DNA from: the human T2T-CHM13v2.0 reference genome, Homo sapiens
DNA length: 64,000 nt
NCBI RefSeq assembly: GCF_009914755.1
Contig: NC_060944.1
Strand: one strand, 5' to 3'
This document shows, piece by piece, positions 1-13,794 of the stretch. The position numbers were made by a program, and so were the translations under genes. The stretch's first letter is position 1. Every line of letters starts with the position of its first letter. The notes under the pieces are model-generated. The model searched no databases. It had not been told where the DNA came from and saw only the letters and a list, made by a program, of their open reading frames with translations.

Positions 1-184
1 AACATAACAGATAACAGTTGTTCCATTTCCATGGGTTGCCAAATAAAGAGGACCCACAGCAGAGGCCCAGTTCACTGTAATAGACATGAGACTGACGAGA
101 AATAAAACCTTCCTTGTGTAAAGGCTCTAAGATCTGGGGATTATTTGTTACTGCTGCCTAACCTAGCCTATACTGACTGATACA
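1..184 (+). mobile_element. MaLR LTR 3' end (MLT1J/K-like)
   Basis: AATAAA followed by ...ggggattatttgttactgctgcctaacctagcctatactgactgataca, the typical MLT1 terminus. Confidence 0.75.
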
Positions 185-199
185 ATGAGGCAATGCTTT

Positions 200-425
200 A
201 TAATGTTGTTTGGGAAGACAAGTTTAGAAAAGTTAACACACACACATATACAATGATTACACTGTACATTTAAAAAGCTAAATATAGAGAAAAAAGGGAT
301 ATCAAGTGCTAATAGTGTATGCCCTTGGTTGACAGAATCCCAAGGAAGGTTCATTATTAGATGGTCACTTTTTAAATCTTACATAACAAGCATGTATTAT
401 TTACACAAAAACAAACATTAAAAGA
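200..425 (+). mobile_element. old L1 (L1ME-like) 3' UTR fragment
   Basis: A-rich, ends ...acaagcatgtattatttacacaaaaa, resembling L1ME 3' ends. Confidence 0.45.
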
Positions 426-1344
426 AAACCTCAAGTGAGGGGCTGTATCGAGGAGGAGAGATTGGTGGACATCCCAGTTATGTCACGTGCTTATGAACTC
501 TAAACTTCAGTACCTTTTCCACCCCATAAAATACACAAATCTCTTTTCAGGTATCAGGGCAGGTGGGTGTCAAATACCCAAAACTTTACTTCCACTTTAC
601 AATGTGCATATATTCAAAGTCTTCCAAACATCCAAGAAAGTTTTAGTTGTACGTTGGACTGTTTCTACTCCCTTCTTCCAAGTCTCCCAATAACTTGTTC
701 AGCTTTTGCAAATAGGAATTGTTTCCCAAAAGGGAAAAGAATTTGAGAAAATCCAGTGTCTAGAACTTACCAACATGAAGCCTTGTGAATGCACAGGTGT
801 ATGCTCACACGCATGCACACACACAACAGGTCTGTTAAGTCCTTTCTGGGCCCAGTCTTCCAATTTCTTCCACATCCCTCTGATCTATTTTCCAAGAGCA
901 GCCAGAGTGATCCTCGGGAAGTTAACACTTCATGTCAATTCCCTGCTCCAATGCCCCACTGGCTTCCCATTACACTTATGGAATGAAATCGAAACCCCTA
1001 ACCATGGCCCTGGAGATGCAGGTGATCTGGCCCCTGTCCCACTCTTCCCTTGACCCAGTATGTACCAGCCATGACGATATTCCTCTCAGGTCCCTGAACA
1101 CACCAAGCTACTCTTTCCATGTCTGGGCCCCTGTGCTGACCATTTCCCCTTCCTGGAATGCTGTTCTCTGGGGTTCCCACAAGCCTTCTTCCTTCTCAAC
1201 CTTCAAGATTCAGCCTAAATTCCACTTCTTCAGGGAAACCCTCCCCAAAGGCCACCATTAAAAATGAGCCCCATCCCCGTCATTCTCTCCCACTATCCTG
1301 TTCCTTTCTTTCAGACACTTCATCACAATCCTATTTCTTCTCTG

Positions 1345-1969
<625 letters not shown>

Positions 1970-2139
1970 TCTTCTCTTTATTTATCACCTTAGGTGTTTA
2001 TTGTTTGGCTTCCCTGTTACTACGGGAGCTCTATAGGGCCTCATCTGTCTACACATGGCTGCATCTCCAGCATTTAGAAGAGTGTCTGGCACATAATGAG
2101 TGCTAATAAATGGACGAAGGATTACAGACAGGCTGTGGA

Positions 2140-2330
2140 AAGGGGCTAACAGGGGTGTGCACAGAGTATGGAAGAAGATGAAGCAGGTTACCAGGGTAGA
2201 TTTCTAAGAGAAGGGGATGCTTAAGCTGAACGTTGAGGGATGATCAGGTGTTCAGGGGGAAAGGCATGAGCAGCGAGGGAAACAGAGGTGTGCAAAGGCC
2301 TCCAGCCACCAAAAAGAGCAGGACCAGTGT
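2140..2330 (-). mobile_element. L2 fragment
   Basis: gagggaaacagaggtgtgcaaaggcc matches antisense L2. Confidence 0.55.
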
Positions 2331-2509
2331 CTGGGGAGGTCTTTCTGCATTTTGGATATTGAGTGTCATGCCCATTTGGGAGCCTTGGAGAGAGCTTTTA
2401 TGCCAGCCACCTCTGCCTTGGGAGAGACAAAGCCCATTTCCATCTGGGAGCTGGGTTGGTGCACCCCAGACTCTGGTTCCTGAGTGCCACTTGCAGGGTG
2501 GCCTCTCAT

Positions 2510-2700
2510 CAAGCAGTTTCACACCCAGTGATACCTCGTACTTTCACCCTGTCACCTGCCATTAGTCATTTCTCCCACCAGCACTGAGAGGTAAATCACT
2601 ATTATTATTTTTCAGTTTTACAGCTGAGAACTAAAGAGTGTGGAGGTTAAGTGACTCGTCAGAGTTAGTGGCCAGATGGGGTTCAGAATTCAGCACCTGT
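2510..2700 (-). mobile_element. MIR
   Basis: ttttacagctgagaact...ggttaagtgact antisense MIR core. Confidence 0.65.
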
Positions 2701-2827
2701 GATCACACCCAAGGCCTAGGGCCCACAACATTTGTGTTTCTGGACACTCAAACCAGAAGGCCCCATGTGGCTGGACATGTCTGCATGGCTCCCCACCCAC
2801 CTTGCAAATTTTCCCAGCCCCCCGGCT

Positions 2828-4285
2828 ATCTCTCACCCTACTTTTCTCCTTCCTTGCCCTCTCCTCTCTTTCTTCTCTCTCATCTCTCTCTCCCCCACCG
2901 ATCTCTCTCCCTGACTCTCTCCCACCTCTCTTCCCTTTCTCTCTCCCTTCTCCCTGCCCTCTCCCTGCTTCCTCTCTCTGTCTCTGTTTCTTCCTCTCTC
3001 TCTCTCTCTGCTCTTTTCTCCCTCTCCTTCTCTCTCCAACCTCTCCCTCCCTTTTCCTCTCTCTTCCACACCTCTCTCCTCCCCCTCTTTCTCTCCCCCA
3101 CCCTCCTTCTCTCTCCCGTCTCTCTTCTCTCCTCTTCTCTCTCCACCCTCCCTCTCTCTCTTTTCCCCTCTCCCACCTCTCTCCTCCCCCACCCACCTTC
3201 TGTCACTCCCTCTCCCTCTCTCTCTCCTGTCTCTCTTCTCTCTCTCCTTCTCTCTCTGCCCTCTCCCTCTCTTTTCCTCTCTCTCCCACACTTCTCTCCT
3301 CCCCCCTTTCTCTCCCCCACCCACCTTCTCTCTCTCTCCCTCTCTCTCTTCTCTCTTTCCACCCTCCCTCTCTCCTTCCACCCTCCCTCTCTTTTTCCCT
3401 TCTCTCTCCCTACCACCTCTCGCCTCCCTCTTTCTCTTCCCCAACCACCTCTCTCTCTCTTCCTCACTCTCCTCTCTTCTCTCTTTCCACCCTCCCTCTC
3501 TTCCCCTCTCTCCCCACCTCTCTCCTCCTCCTCTTTCTCTCCTCCCACCCACTTGCTCTCTCCCTCCCTGTCTCCCTTCCCTTTCCCTCTCCCTCTCCCT
3601 CTCTCTCTCTCCTTCTCTCTTTCCACCCTCCCTCTCTTCCCCTCTCTGTCCCCACCTCTCTCCTCCCCCTCTTTCTCTCCTCCCACACGCCTGCTCTCTC
3701 CCTCCCTCTCTCCCTTTCCTTTCCCTCTCTCTCTCCCTCTCCCTGTCTCTCTCCTTCTCTCTTTCCACCCTCCCTCTCTCTCTTCCCCTCTGTCTCCCCA
3801 CTCTCTCCTCCCCCTCTCTCTCCTCCCACCTGCCTGCTCTCTCTCTCCCTCTCTCCCTTCCCTTTCCCTCTCTCTCTCCCTCTCCCTTTCTCTCCTTCTC
3901 TCTTTCCACCCTCCCTCTCTCTCTCTTCCCCTCTCTCCCCACCTCTCTCCTCCCGCTTTCTCCCCTCCCACCTGCCTTCTCTCTCCCTCTCTCCCTTCTC
4001 TTTCCCTCTCTCTCCTTCTCTCTTTCCACCCTCCCTCTCTCTCTCTTCCCCTCTCTCCCCACCTCTCTCCTCCCGCTTTCTCCCCTCCCACCTGCCTCCT
4101 CTCTCCCTCTCTCCCTCTCTCCCTTCTCTTTCCCTCTCTCTCTCCCCATCTCTCCTCTCTCTCCCTCTCTTCTCTGCCTCTCCCTGTTCCCCCTTCTTCT
4201 ACTCTATCTCCCCGCCTTGCTCCCTCACTCTCTCTGTCTCTCTGTTTTCCTTTTCTCCCTCTCCCTCCTCTTTTCCTCTCTCTCC
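2828..4285. repeat. ~1.45 kb C/T-rich low-complexity tract with degenerate 120-142 bp higher-order units
   Basis: almost exclusively C/T; ttccaccctcc recurs at 3357, 3485, 3621, 3763, 3904 and 4024; 3901-3960 is identical to 4021-4080. Confidence 0.95.
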
Positions 4286-5479
4286 GACCCTATTTGGCTC
4301 TTTAGATTGAAAACTTCCCACCACCTGACTTCAGACAGGGATGGGATCATTTGCCTTCTCTTCTTAACAGTATCAGAACCTGTAGGCTCACAGGCTCCTT
4401 TCTTAGGAGAGCCCAGCATGTGAGGAAGGGCTGGTGATCCCAAGTGAGAGCATAGAAACATCCTTGGGGAGTCAGCTTTGGGAAGAGGCTGCTGGCAAGT
4501 AAGGCCTAATCCTCATGCAGGAGCTCTGCGCCCCATTCAGCAGCTGGGCCCCTCCTCCTCCTGGGGCTCCTGACAGAGGGGGTTCCTCCACTCCTGGCCG
4601 GTTCCCCAGCTCAGCAGGCTCCCGCCCCCCATCCACAGCTCTGCCTGTGTAAGGCCAGAAGCCCAGCATGCCTGCCTGGAATACTAAACAGGGCCCTTCC
4701 AGATCCAGATGCACTGAGAAGGCCAGACAATCCCTCACCTCCCCCATCCCCAAGGGCCTGGCTGGAGAGGGCTGGAATCTAGTGCATTGCAGGGAGCAGG
4801 GAAGCTCATCACAGTCCTCATGTGGGGACAGAGGAGGCCCCTGATCCCTCTGGGATGTGGGTGGCAGGCTGCCAGCTGAGGAGGTTGGAGGCCCCAGGCT
4901 CCCCTTCCAGACAGCATAAATCCAATGGTGTGGGGTCCAGCTCCCTGTGGCCCAGCACACAGGCAGGATTGCAAGGATGAAGGCCCGAGGTAAGTTTGGA
5001 GGAGATTAAATTAAAAAGCCAAAGCTTCTGAGCACCAGAAGGCCTCAGCGACCATAAATCTACTTGCAGAGGAGCACACAGAACACGAGGCCAAACCAGT
5101 TTTATTTAAGTTGCTGATGAGCGTTGGCCTCTGCAAAGGCATAATTCAACCACACTTGGGCCTGGACAGTCCCTGCTTCCAAGCAATGCACAGTAAGGGA
5201 GCCAGGAAGTGGAAGTATGGAACACTTGGACAGTGGCGAGGGGCCTGAGCTACAGGATCAGAGAAACTCATGCTCAAATCCCATCTCTGTCATTTCTGGG
5301 CAGTGTAATCTCAGGAAGGTCGCCTAACCTCCCTAACCCTCTTTTTCCCCACTCAGAAAACGGGTTAAACCAGATGGACCTTCCAGAGTCATTGTGAGTA
5401 CCTGCCCCACAAGCCCCAACAAAATGGTGGCCATCACAACAAAGTTGATGATGATATAGGAAAGTGAAGTTAATGGCCA

Positions 5480-5710
5480 CAGAACATTAATGAGCTAACA
5501 CAAGGCACTCATTCTATGCCGGGCACTGTTTACTCTTTCAGTCCTTAGAATGATACTGTGATAAAATGCCATGATGGTTCCCAGTTCACAGTTGCAGAAG
5601 CTGAGGCACAGAGATGCTGAGAAACTTGCCTAAGGTCACATAGCTGGTTATGGATAGTACTGGGATTCAAACCTGGGCAGCCAGGCTCTTCCACAGTGAC
5701 AGACACTGCA
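5480..5710 (-). mobile_element. MIR
   Basis: gctgaggcacagagatgctgagaaacttgcctaaggtcacatagctgg...gggattcaaacc. Confidence 0.85.
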
Positions 5711-6289
5711 CTCTCCTGACTCTCAGAATTTGAGAGCCTAAAGGAACACAGGAATCATTTTTTCCATATTCTTGGAAGAGGGAGACACCTAAGCCCAGAG
5801 GGCAAAGGACACCTCCAGACAGTGACAGGATAGCTGAACACCAGCCACAGCTCCTTAGAGGAAACAGCACAGGGGTCTTTATGATCTTAAGTATCTTCTG
5901 TGTGGCTCTGACAACCCCAAAACTTCTCTTGTTACATGAAAATCAGCTTACATTAATATGGATGCAAGATGCAAGTGCAGCACAGTGCGCGGGCTGTACA
6001 AAGCAAGCAGGGAGGCTTCCGAAGATGACCCCCAGGCTATGCCTTGGCAGTCCCCTTCGCCAGCTTCCATCCCCCGAAGCCACGTGAGGAAGGCCAGAAC
6101 ACCAAGGTCCCTCCAGAACTCTGAGTAGAGAAACAGAGCCAGCCGGCCCAGCCATCCCCAGAGATGGAAGGAAGCTCCAAGGGGACTGATGACAAGCTAA
6201 AATTTGGAACTTTATCACAGACTCATGGTTACCAACATCAAATATTTAATTTGCAGCTAAGACTCTTTTTGCTTAAAGCCATGAAGCAG

Positions 6290-6530
6290 CAGCACAGCAT
6301 ATTGGCTGAATGCACAGACCTTAGAGCCAGACAGCCTAGGTTCCGGTCCCAGCTGAAAGACCTTGGCCATGTGACTCAACCCTTCTGCCTCAGTTTCCTC
6401 ATCTGTAAAATGGATATAACTGAACTTCCCAGGATCATTTTGTACATTAGGAATATTCATATTAACAGAGTACGTAGAATATTACCCAATCCCCTAAGAG
6501 TGCCAGGTAACTAAGTATTCGTTAAATAAG
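6290..6530 (+). mobile_element. MIR
   Basis: tgcctcagtttcctcatctgtaaaatgg core. Confidence 0.85.
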
Positions 6531-8131
6531 AAGCGCTCCCTCATAAGCCAGCCCTCTCTTCAAAAGGTGACAACTCTTTTTTTTCTTTTTTTTTTTTTTG
6601 TTTGAGGTCTTCCTTAGGATCTTCAAAGATTTCACCGAAGAACCAGCATGTGTCCCTGACCTGATGGAATGTGTCCTTACCAGGATAAAAAATCGATGCA
6701 ATACTGTTGGAAAGTGACCCCATGGTTTGAAGCAAACCAAATTATACGTTAAAGCAAAAAATTACCTCCAGAATAAACGCTAAGCACAGTGACTGTCTAC
6801 AAAGGCCATGTTTTAAGCATTCGCACTCCAGGACCCTGGGCTTAGTGGCACATTAGACACTCAATAATTGCATATCTAGCATTCAGAAACTTTTAAGTGG
6901 TTCTTATTTTGATTCCTTTCCCCTCTCTGTAGTGGGAACTGCCCTCAATCATTCTGACAGGTATTTCTCTTGCCGCCCACAAATTTTCAGCCCTGCAGTA
7001 TACCACATTGGTCTGGACTCTAGCATATGCAGGATTTATGCCAGGCTTGCAAAAGATCCCTGAATCAGCCAGTCCAAACCCCCTCTTTGTGCCATGTCTA
7101 CCTCGGGTGATGGCAGTGTGACAGCATTCTCACCTCCACCCCCAAGACACACACACACACACCCTGGATATCTCACCATAATAATAATGTATTTTATATC
7201 ATGAGCAGGGGAATACGATTAAATCTTCCTCCTATACCCCAGGTTCAGAAAAGAATAATAATGATTTCCTATATTATGTGGAATCTCATAGTTCACAAAA
7301 TAATTTCAGATCCACCATCTGCTTTGAATGTCACAGCACCCTGTGTAATAAGTAAGTCAGGAATGGTGTCCCATTAGCCACAGATCAAAGAAGCATGGAC
7401 CAGAGTAAGGAAGCAATTTTCTGAAGGACACACAGCAAATTAGGAGGAGGAATGGACCCCACACACAAGTCTGTGTACTCTGGGCTAATGCTCTTCAAGG
7501 CCTTTTTCCTCCTTGCTCTGAGCTTACTTCTTGCAGGTGTCAGAAAGGTACATTGATAGGACAACTTGCTTCCCCCAGACAGCCCCACCTCTTCAAAGAT
7601 ATCCACAAGTTTGCCCACACAAGTATTCCATCCCTACCTCCTAATTTCCACCTTTACAAATGGCACGTCCCAGCCCCACATTGCCCACAGCACCTCCGGG
7701 TCTCTGCTTCTGTCTAAAATCCTCATCTCCATTCTTGTGCCTCCAATCCTGCCAGTCTTTCAGGCCCATCTTTAACAGCTCTTTATCCAGGACACTCTCT
7801 GATGCTGCCATCACAGCCTGCAACAGCCACAGGAGAAGCCACCCCTCTCTGTATCCCTGTAACCCTTGATTCTTCCTCGCATGGTCATCATTTCTGGTCT
7901 TGGGACTTCTCTTCTATTAGCCCAGTGGGTACCTGGAGGGCAGGAACCAGGGTACACTTGCCTTGGGAGCTCCCACAGACCTCACATGGTACCTACATCT
8001 AGTAGGGACTCAATCAATATCCATGCATTCATTGTATTAATCTTGGAAGGAAGCACAATGTGTATTACATAGAGGGAGGTTTACCTGTGCAAGGACAACC
8101 CCTTTATAAATTCAAGAATATAGACACAATG

Positions 8132-8438
8132 TGTCGGGCACAGTGGCTCATGCCAGTAATCCCAGCACTTTGGGAAGCTGAGGCAGGTGGATGACTTGAG
8201 ATCAGGAGCTCAAGACAAGCCTGGCCAACCAGGGTAAAACCCCATCTCTACTAAAAATACAAAAACTAGCTGGGCATCATGACACACGCCTGTAATCCCC
8301 GCTACTCTGGAGGCTCAGGCAGGAGAATTACTTGAACCCAAGAGGCAGGGGTTGCAGTGAGCTAAGATCGCGCCACTACACTCCAGCCTGGGCAACAGGG
8401 TGACTCTGTCTCAATTTAAAAAAAAGAAAGAAAGAAAG
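8132..8438 (+). mobile_element. AluS
   Basis: full-length Alu; TSD aagaatatagacacaatg / aaggatatacacacaatg. Confidence 0.95.
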
Positions 8439-9219
8439 GATATACACACAATGTAAAATCACTGCACCGAGTCAGTATAGGGGCTGCCTTAAACTCAGGG
8501 AACAGCCAAATCTGTTTATGAATTAAAAGAACAGTCACTAAGGAGGCAAGATCAAGTATCATCAAAACATTAGGCCTTGACATAGAACCTGAAGGATTCC
8601 CCCAAGCCCTAGGGCTGTATCCAGACAGAATTTTCATTCCATAACTATCACAAAATGTCTCTTTCATTTCCAGCTCTGTGTTAGAGGTCAGGGACATAAA
8701 CGGCTCTCATCTCCAGGCCCTGCCATGATGGACCTCACAGCCTAATGGGGAAAAGAGACACAAAACCAGACAATGACAGAACAATATAAAAGCACTGGGG
8801 GACACCCAGACAGGCATAATAGCGCAAAGAGGGAAGGTGCCCAGGTGGGAGAACCTAGGCTACGTTATGAAGATGACATTTCCCATGCAAATACACATAA
8901 ACGTGTCTATCACTCTTGTGCACATGTGTGGGGCTGTGTGTTGGGATGGCATTAATAGTAGCTAAGGTGTTAAAAAATACAATACTAAAATTCCCAGGCA
9001 AAGCAAAAGTTTCCACCAATTATCCGAATAATTTTTCCAAAAGTTCAGATAATAGGCACGTTTAAGAAATTTCTGGTACAAAGAAACAAACATGTGGCTA
9101 CCTTTTCCTTTTTAGCAGGATGCTTTAATGCCACATAAACACATGCTCATTACCAAGCTGAAAGCTGATTTACATAGCATCACCTCTGAAGCATACAAAG
9201 ATAAGAAAATTCAAGTGCT

Positions 9220-9620
9220 CCGAACCTCAGTTTTCTTAACAATAATACGGAAGTAAAATACAGACCTCGCAGGATTTGCTGGGGGGAGATTCCATGAGAT
9301 GATGTATGTAAAAGACTCTTTGCAATGAAAACCACAATAGCAAGCTCTTGATCACTTTTAGCTCACACGCTGGGAATCAGCATAGTATTATGGGCAGGAA
9401 CATGGACTGGAGTCTGTGGATGTGGGTTCAAATCCCAGCTCCACCCAACTGCAATGATCTGAGGCAACACTACCTATGTAGCCTTTCTTAGCCTGAGTCT
9501 CCTAAACTGTACAATGAGGATTTTAATGCGTACCTCATAGCTCTAATGATTAAATGATGTAATATGGTGAAATACCACAGTACAGGTAGTAAATTCTCAA
9601 TACAGCATAACTAGCATCAT
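9220..9620 (+). mobile_element. two MIR fragments
   Basis: cctcagttttctt... and tgggttcaaatcccagctcc...tacctcatag. Confidence 0.7.
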
Positions 9621-9894
9621 GTTACTCTTGTCAAATATTTTGTCTAATATTTCAAGGGAAGGTCAGAAGATGGAGTTCACAATCTACATAATCCACAGAT
9701 GCTCAGGTGTTACAAGTAGTGGGAGGGAGACGGCACAATATGGGACAGGCTAAGAGTTCTGGGTCTGATTATTCCATTCAGCTGCTGGCATGGGGCTGAC
9801 TCTGGGAGACAGCCACCCACAGTCATGGGAGTAGGGGCAATTCTCTGAAGAGGGCAAAAACAATCAAGGGTGTCAGCTGCATGTCTCAGATTAT

Positions 9895-10238
9895 TGATTA
9901 TCTTCATCCATTTGTGCTGCTATAACAGAATGCCTGAGACTGGATAATTTATACACAACAGAAATTCATTTCTCACAATTCTGGAGGCTGGGAAGTCCAA
10001 GATCAAGGTTCAGCATCTGGTAAAGACCTATTCATCATAGATGGCACCATCTAGGTGTCCTTACATGGCAGAAGGGACAGAAGGGCAAAAGGGCATGGAG
10101 CCCTAGCTAATTCCCTTGAGCCTTTTTAGAAGGGCACTAATCCATTCATGGGGGTAGAGCTTCACCGCCTCATATCATGACATTGCTGATGAAGTCTAAA
10201 CATATTAATACAGGGGGCATACATTCAGACCATAGCAT
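9895..10238 (-). mobile_element. MaLR solo LTR (MLT1A-like)
   Basis: tgctgctataacagaat...ttctggaggctgggaagtccaagatcaagg...acattcagaccatagca. Confidence 0.85.
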
Positions 10239-10286
10239 ATGTCTCATGTACTTACATTTGAAATAAGACCAGCTTTTCACTGGACA

Positions 10287-10321
10287 TCTCTCTCTCTCTC
10301 TCTGTCTCTTTCACTCACACA

Positions 10322-10365
<44 letters not shown>
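10287..10365. repeat. (TC)n followed by (CA)19 microsatellite
   Basis: direct reading; uninterrupted CA run 10323-10360. Confidence 0.97.
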
Positions 10366-10544
10366 TTCCTATGAGGAGACCCCAGACATCTTTTTAAATG
10401 TGTACAACTAGTTTTGGAAAATAAAATATTCAGCTGACCTAATTTTTACATTGGGAATAGGAGACATAAGTGTATTTTCAATAAATCCACCAAAATATTT
10501 ATTTTATTTCAACATTAAGATGTAAAAAGTCAGAGAGAGAGAAC

Positions 10545-10950
10545 AGAGTATGACAGCGTCAGTGAGCCGCCCACCTCCCTTTGGTGCTCCCCAAAGCCTA
10601 GCGCCTGCAGAAAGCTCCTGCCACCACCAGGGGCGACCTGCATCTCCAGAGTGATGGCAATTTGTGGCTGTGGGTGCAGAGCAGGCTGGAAGTGACAGAT
10701 GGTGGAGAATCATCCCTACTTCCTTATACCTTGGTGGGCAATTATGAGTCTCTCAGGAGGTTCCAGCAGGACTGCACGCTGGTACCTATGGCAGGAGCCC
10801 CTGGTTAACCCTCTTTGTGGGCTTTTCCTCACTTCCTTGTCTCACAATCCCTCTCTCCAGCTGTGGTTTCTTGGGATCACCTCCAGAATGAACTACTTAA
10901 ACCCAAACCCTTGGCTCAAGGTGTACTTTGGGGGATGCAAAACTAAGACA
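10545..10950 (+). mobile_element. ERVL solo LTR (LTR16-like)
   Basis: 3' end aactacttaaacccaaacccttggctcaaggtgtactttgggggatgcaaaactaagaca. Confidence 0.7.
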
Positions 10951-11626
10951 CAGAGAGAAAAATGAGAAAATAATTTAGAAAGAAAGAATGAAGGCAAGAG
11001 GAGCATTATAACTGATGGCAAGGAAGACCTGGAGGGAAAGAGATGACATTAAGTAGGGGAAGGAAAAGACCAGAGATGAATGTCAGGCTTCCATGACCAG
11101 GAAGCCCCTGTTTACTACCTGCCAACCCAACTCGTGCCATCTGCCAAACCACACACCCCAAAAACCCATGCACCTGCCCCCAGATGTTCTCAGATCCCCC
11201 GTCCCCACTGGCGTTGGTGAGCACTCACCCCTTGTCACCTGGTCCACCAGCCAATGCAGAGGACAGAGTCTAGCCCCATGGCTCCAACTCCCCAACCCAA
11301 CACCTCCAGGTCCCACCTTCCTCCAAAATCATGGGTGGGGATTTTCGGTCAGACAACTGGCCCTGTGAGGTTAGAGACCCCAAGAGTGTAAGTACAATAG
11401 GAACCTACACTCTTGATAAAGCCCCTGGCTGAGACAAATCTCTTTCCCAAGAACGTGGTGTTACAAGAGATGCAAGAGACAAATTTTAGGAAACTTGCTG
11501 AGAGGCTGAGACCCTTTTCAGATGACACCAAAAGCTAACTGCAGCCATGATAAGGGATTACCACCCTTGCCATAAAACCCCACTTTGGACCCTCTATTCT
11601 TTGACTTTACAATGCTTTATATAAAT

Positions 11627-11870
11627 CCTGCATCCTCAATGGGGGCAATATCACCCCCAAGGGGGCAAAAATTGTTCTTAGGATGGAGAGCCAAATAATC
11701 TCAGATATTATCGTGGTTTGTGACCCTCCAAAGCTCAACCCTGCACAACAAAATCTTATTTCATTTCATTTCATGGAGAGGGGAGATCAGTAATAATAAT
11801 AATAATAATAATAATAACTAAAAAGATTCCTTAGGGTAGTAATAATGAAAAAAATCTCAAAAAAACACTG
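11627..11870 (-). mobile_element. hAT DNA transposon (MER96/MER96B-like) with internal (TAA)n
   Basis: tcaatgggggcaatatcacccccaagggggcaaaaatt terminus; ends aaacactg; TSD-like atataa flanks. Confidence 0.7.
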
Positions 11871-12429
11871 ATATAATGTGAAAATCCTGTTCTGGATTCA
11901 TTTTCAACTCCTCTTAGGAAATAACATCTACCGCAATAAGATTTTAACTTCTATCTCTCATCTAATATCCTGTGGAAAACAAATATCACAAAGTAATGCA
12001 TGGAGAGCAGATGCTTTAAACATCACACGCGCTTGCCACAGTAATTGCACTTTGTAACTTTTCTAGCACTTTCATAAATTCCAGAAGTTATCTTAATCTC
12101 CAATGCTCTGTAGTGAGGCAACAGAAGAAAGATGATCATTACTTCCAAGTAAATTCTAAGACTTATTAATTGAATGACTCATGCTGGATCACAGAATGAA
12201 GCTCTAAAAATGTCAACATTTGGAGTCTTGCCCTGTCCCTTCATCACCTCGAATGCAGCTCCCAGCACACAATAGGGCCTTCAGCAAGATTCTGATGAAC
12301 TTCCTTAACTTCACCATGTTCAAATGGAACCCATTTCTGCCCCCAAACTTATTCTGCTTCCCGAACCCCCAGTGCCACCAGCTACAACATCACCCCCTGA
12401 GGTCCCAGACAACAATCTTGGGGTATGTG

Positions 12430-12930
12430 TGATCCAGTCAATCAACATAACAAAGCAGCTAAGAGTCCAGGCTACACCCAGCTTCCAAACCCAATATTGC
12501 CACTTACCAACTATGACCCCAGGCAAGCTATTTAACCCCCCTGAAAAACAGAAATAACACCTGCCTTCCTTGCAAGGTAATAATATGGTTTAAATGTGGT
12601 GAGACATATTAAAATGCTTAGCACAGTGCCAGGCACAGAGTTGGAGCTAAATAGATGGAACTTTCCATGATTGCTCCTGTCATTGACATTGGGAATGCTT
12701 TTGCTCTGCAGACTTCTAAAACAGTTGCACAGTGTCAGTGAGAAGACTAACATGGCAGACAGACTGACAAAAGTATAATCCCAGCTCCATAATTCAGTAG
12801 AGCAGACTCTTCGCAGAATTCATTTCCCTCATCTATAAAATGTGGGCAACATAACATCTACCTTGCAAGGTTGTGGTGAGTATTAAATAGATAATGCACA
12901 CAGCAGATGCCCAACAAAGAGTGTGGTGAC
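12430..12930 (+). mobile_element. two MIR copies
   Basis: atgcttagcacagtgccaggcacag; ctcatctataaaatg...ggttgtggtgagtattaaat. Confidence 0.75.
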
Positions 12931-13184
12931 TGCTGTGGACTTAATTACAACCTATCTCAAATTATCCTACAATTGTTTCTCACACAGAATATTGTTTTCA
13001 AGTACCGGGTCAATCTGGGGTACAAAATATCAAAGGGACCCCTAGTTTCCAAGGTCCTCTTACCAAGAAGAAAAGCAGGCATTGTGAGGCAAACTTAGCC
13101 CAGGCCTCTGAGGTCTGGAAACACATCCAGATGGACAGGGGAAGGTAGAGTGTAAGCAAGGTCATGGGTAAAGAGCGTTTAGGC

Positions 13185-13325
13185 TAGGTCTGTAGTAGAA
13201 GCATACTAGAAACGCAAATTTTCAGGCCCTACCTCAAACCTACTGAATCAGTAACAGGGGTCTACAATCTGCGTTTACAAACCCTTTAGGTGATTCTGAC
13301 GCATGCTAAGTTTGCACCATTGGTC
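13185..13325. mobile_element. MER5A fragment (hAT-Charlie)
   Basis: gcaaattttcaggccctacctcaaacctactgaatcag...ggtgattctgacgcatgctaagtttg. Confidence 0.75.
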
Positions 13326-13416
13326 TATATATATGGACTCCACTGCTTCCAGCTTCATCTCTCCCCCACTTCCCCAGCCCCCTTCATAGGGACCAATAGC
13401 TTTACCGACTCCATGA

Positions 13417-13794
<378 letters not shown>

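Noticed and set aside
2638-4310. Long ORFs of 400-555 aa in several frames on both strands
   Set aside because: Artefact of the C/T tract, which cannot form stop codons; the products are S/L/P/F or G/E/R low complexity
4440-5160. GC-rich stretch as a CpG-island promoter
   Set aside because: GC-rich but CpG-poor, with no island-like CpG density; the same applies to 46330-46420
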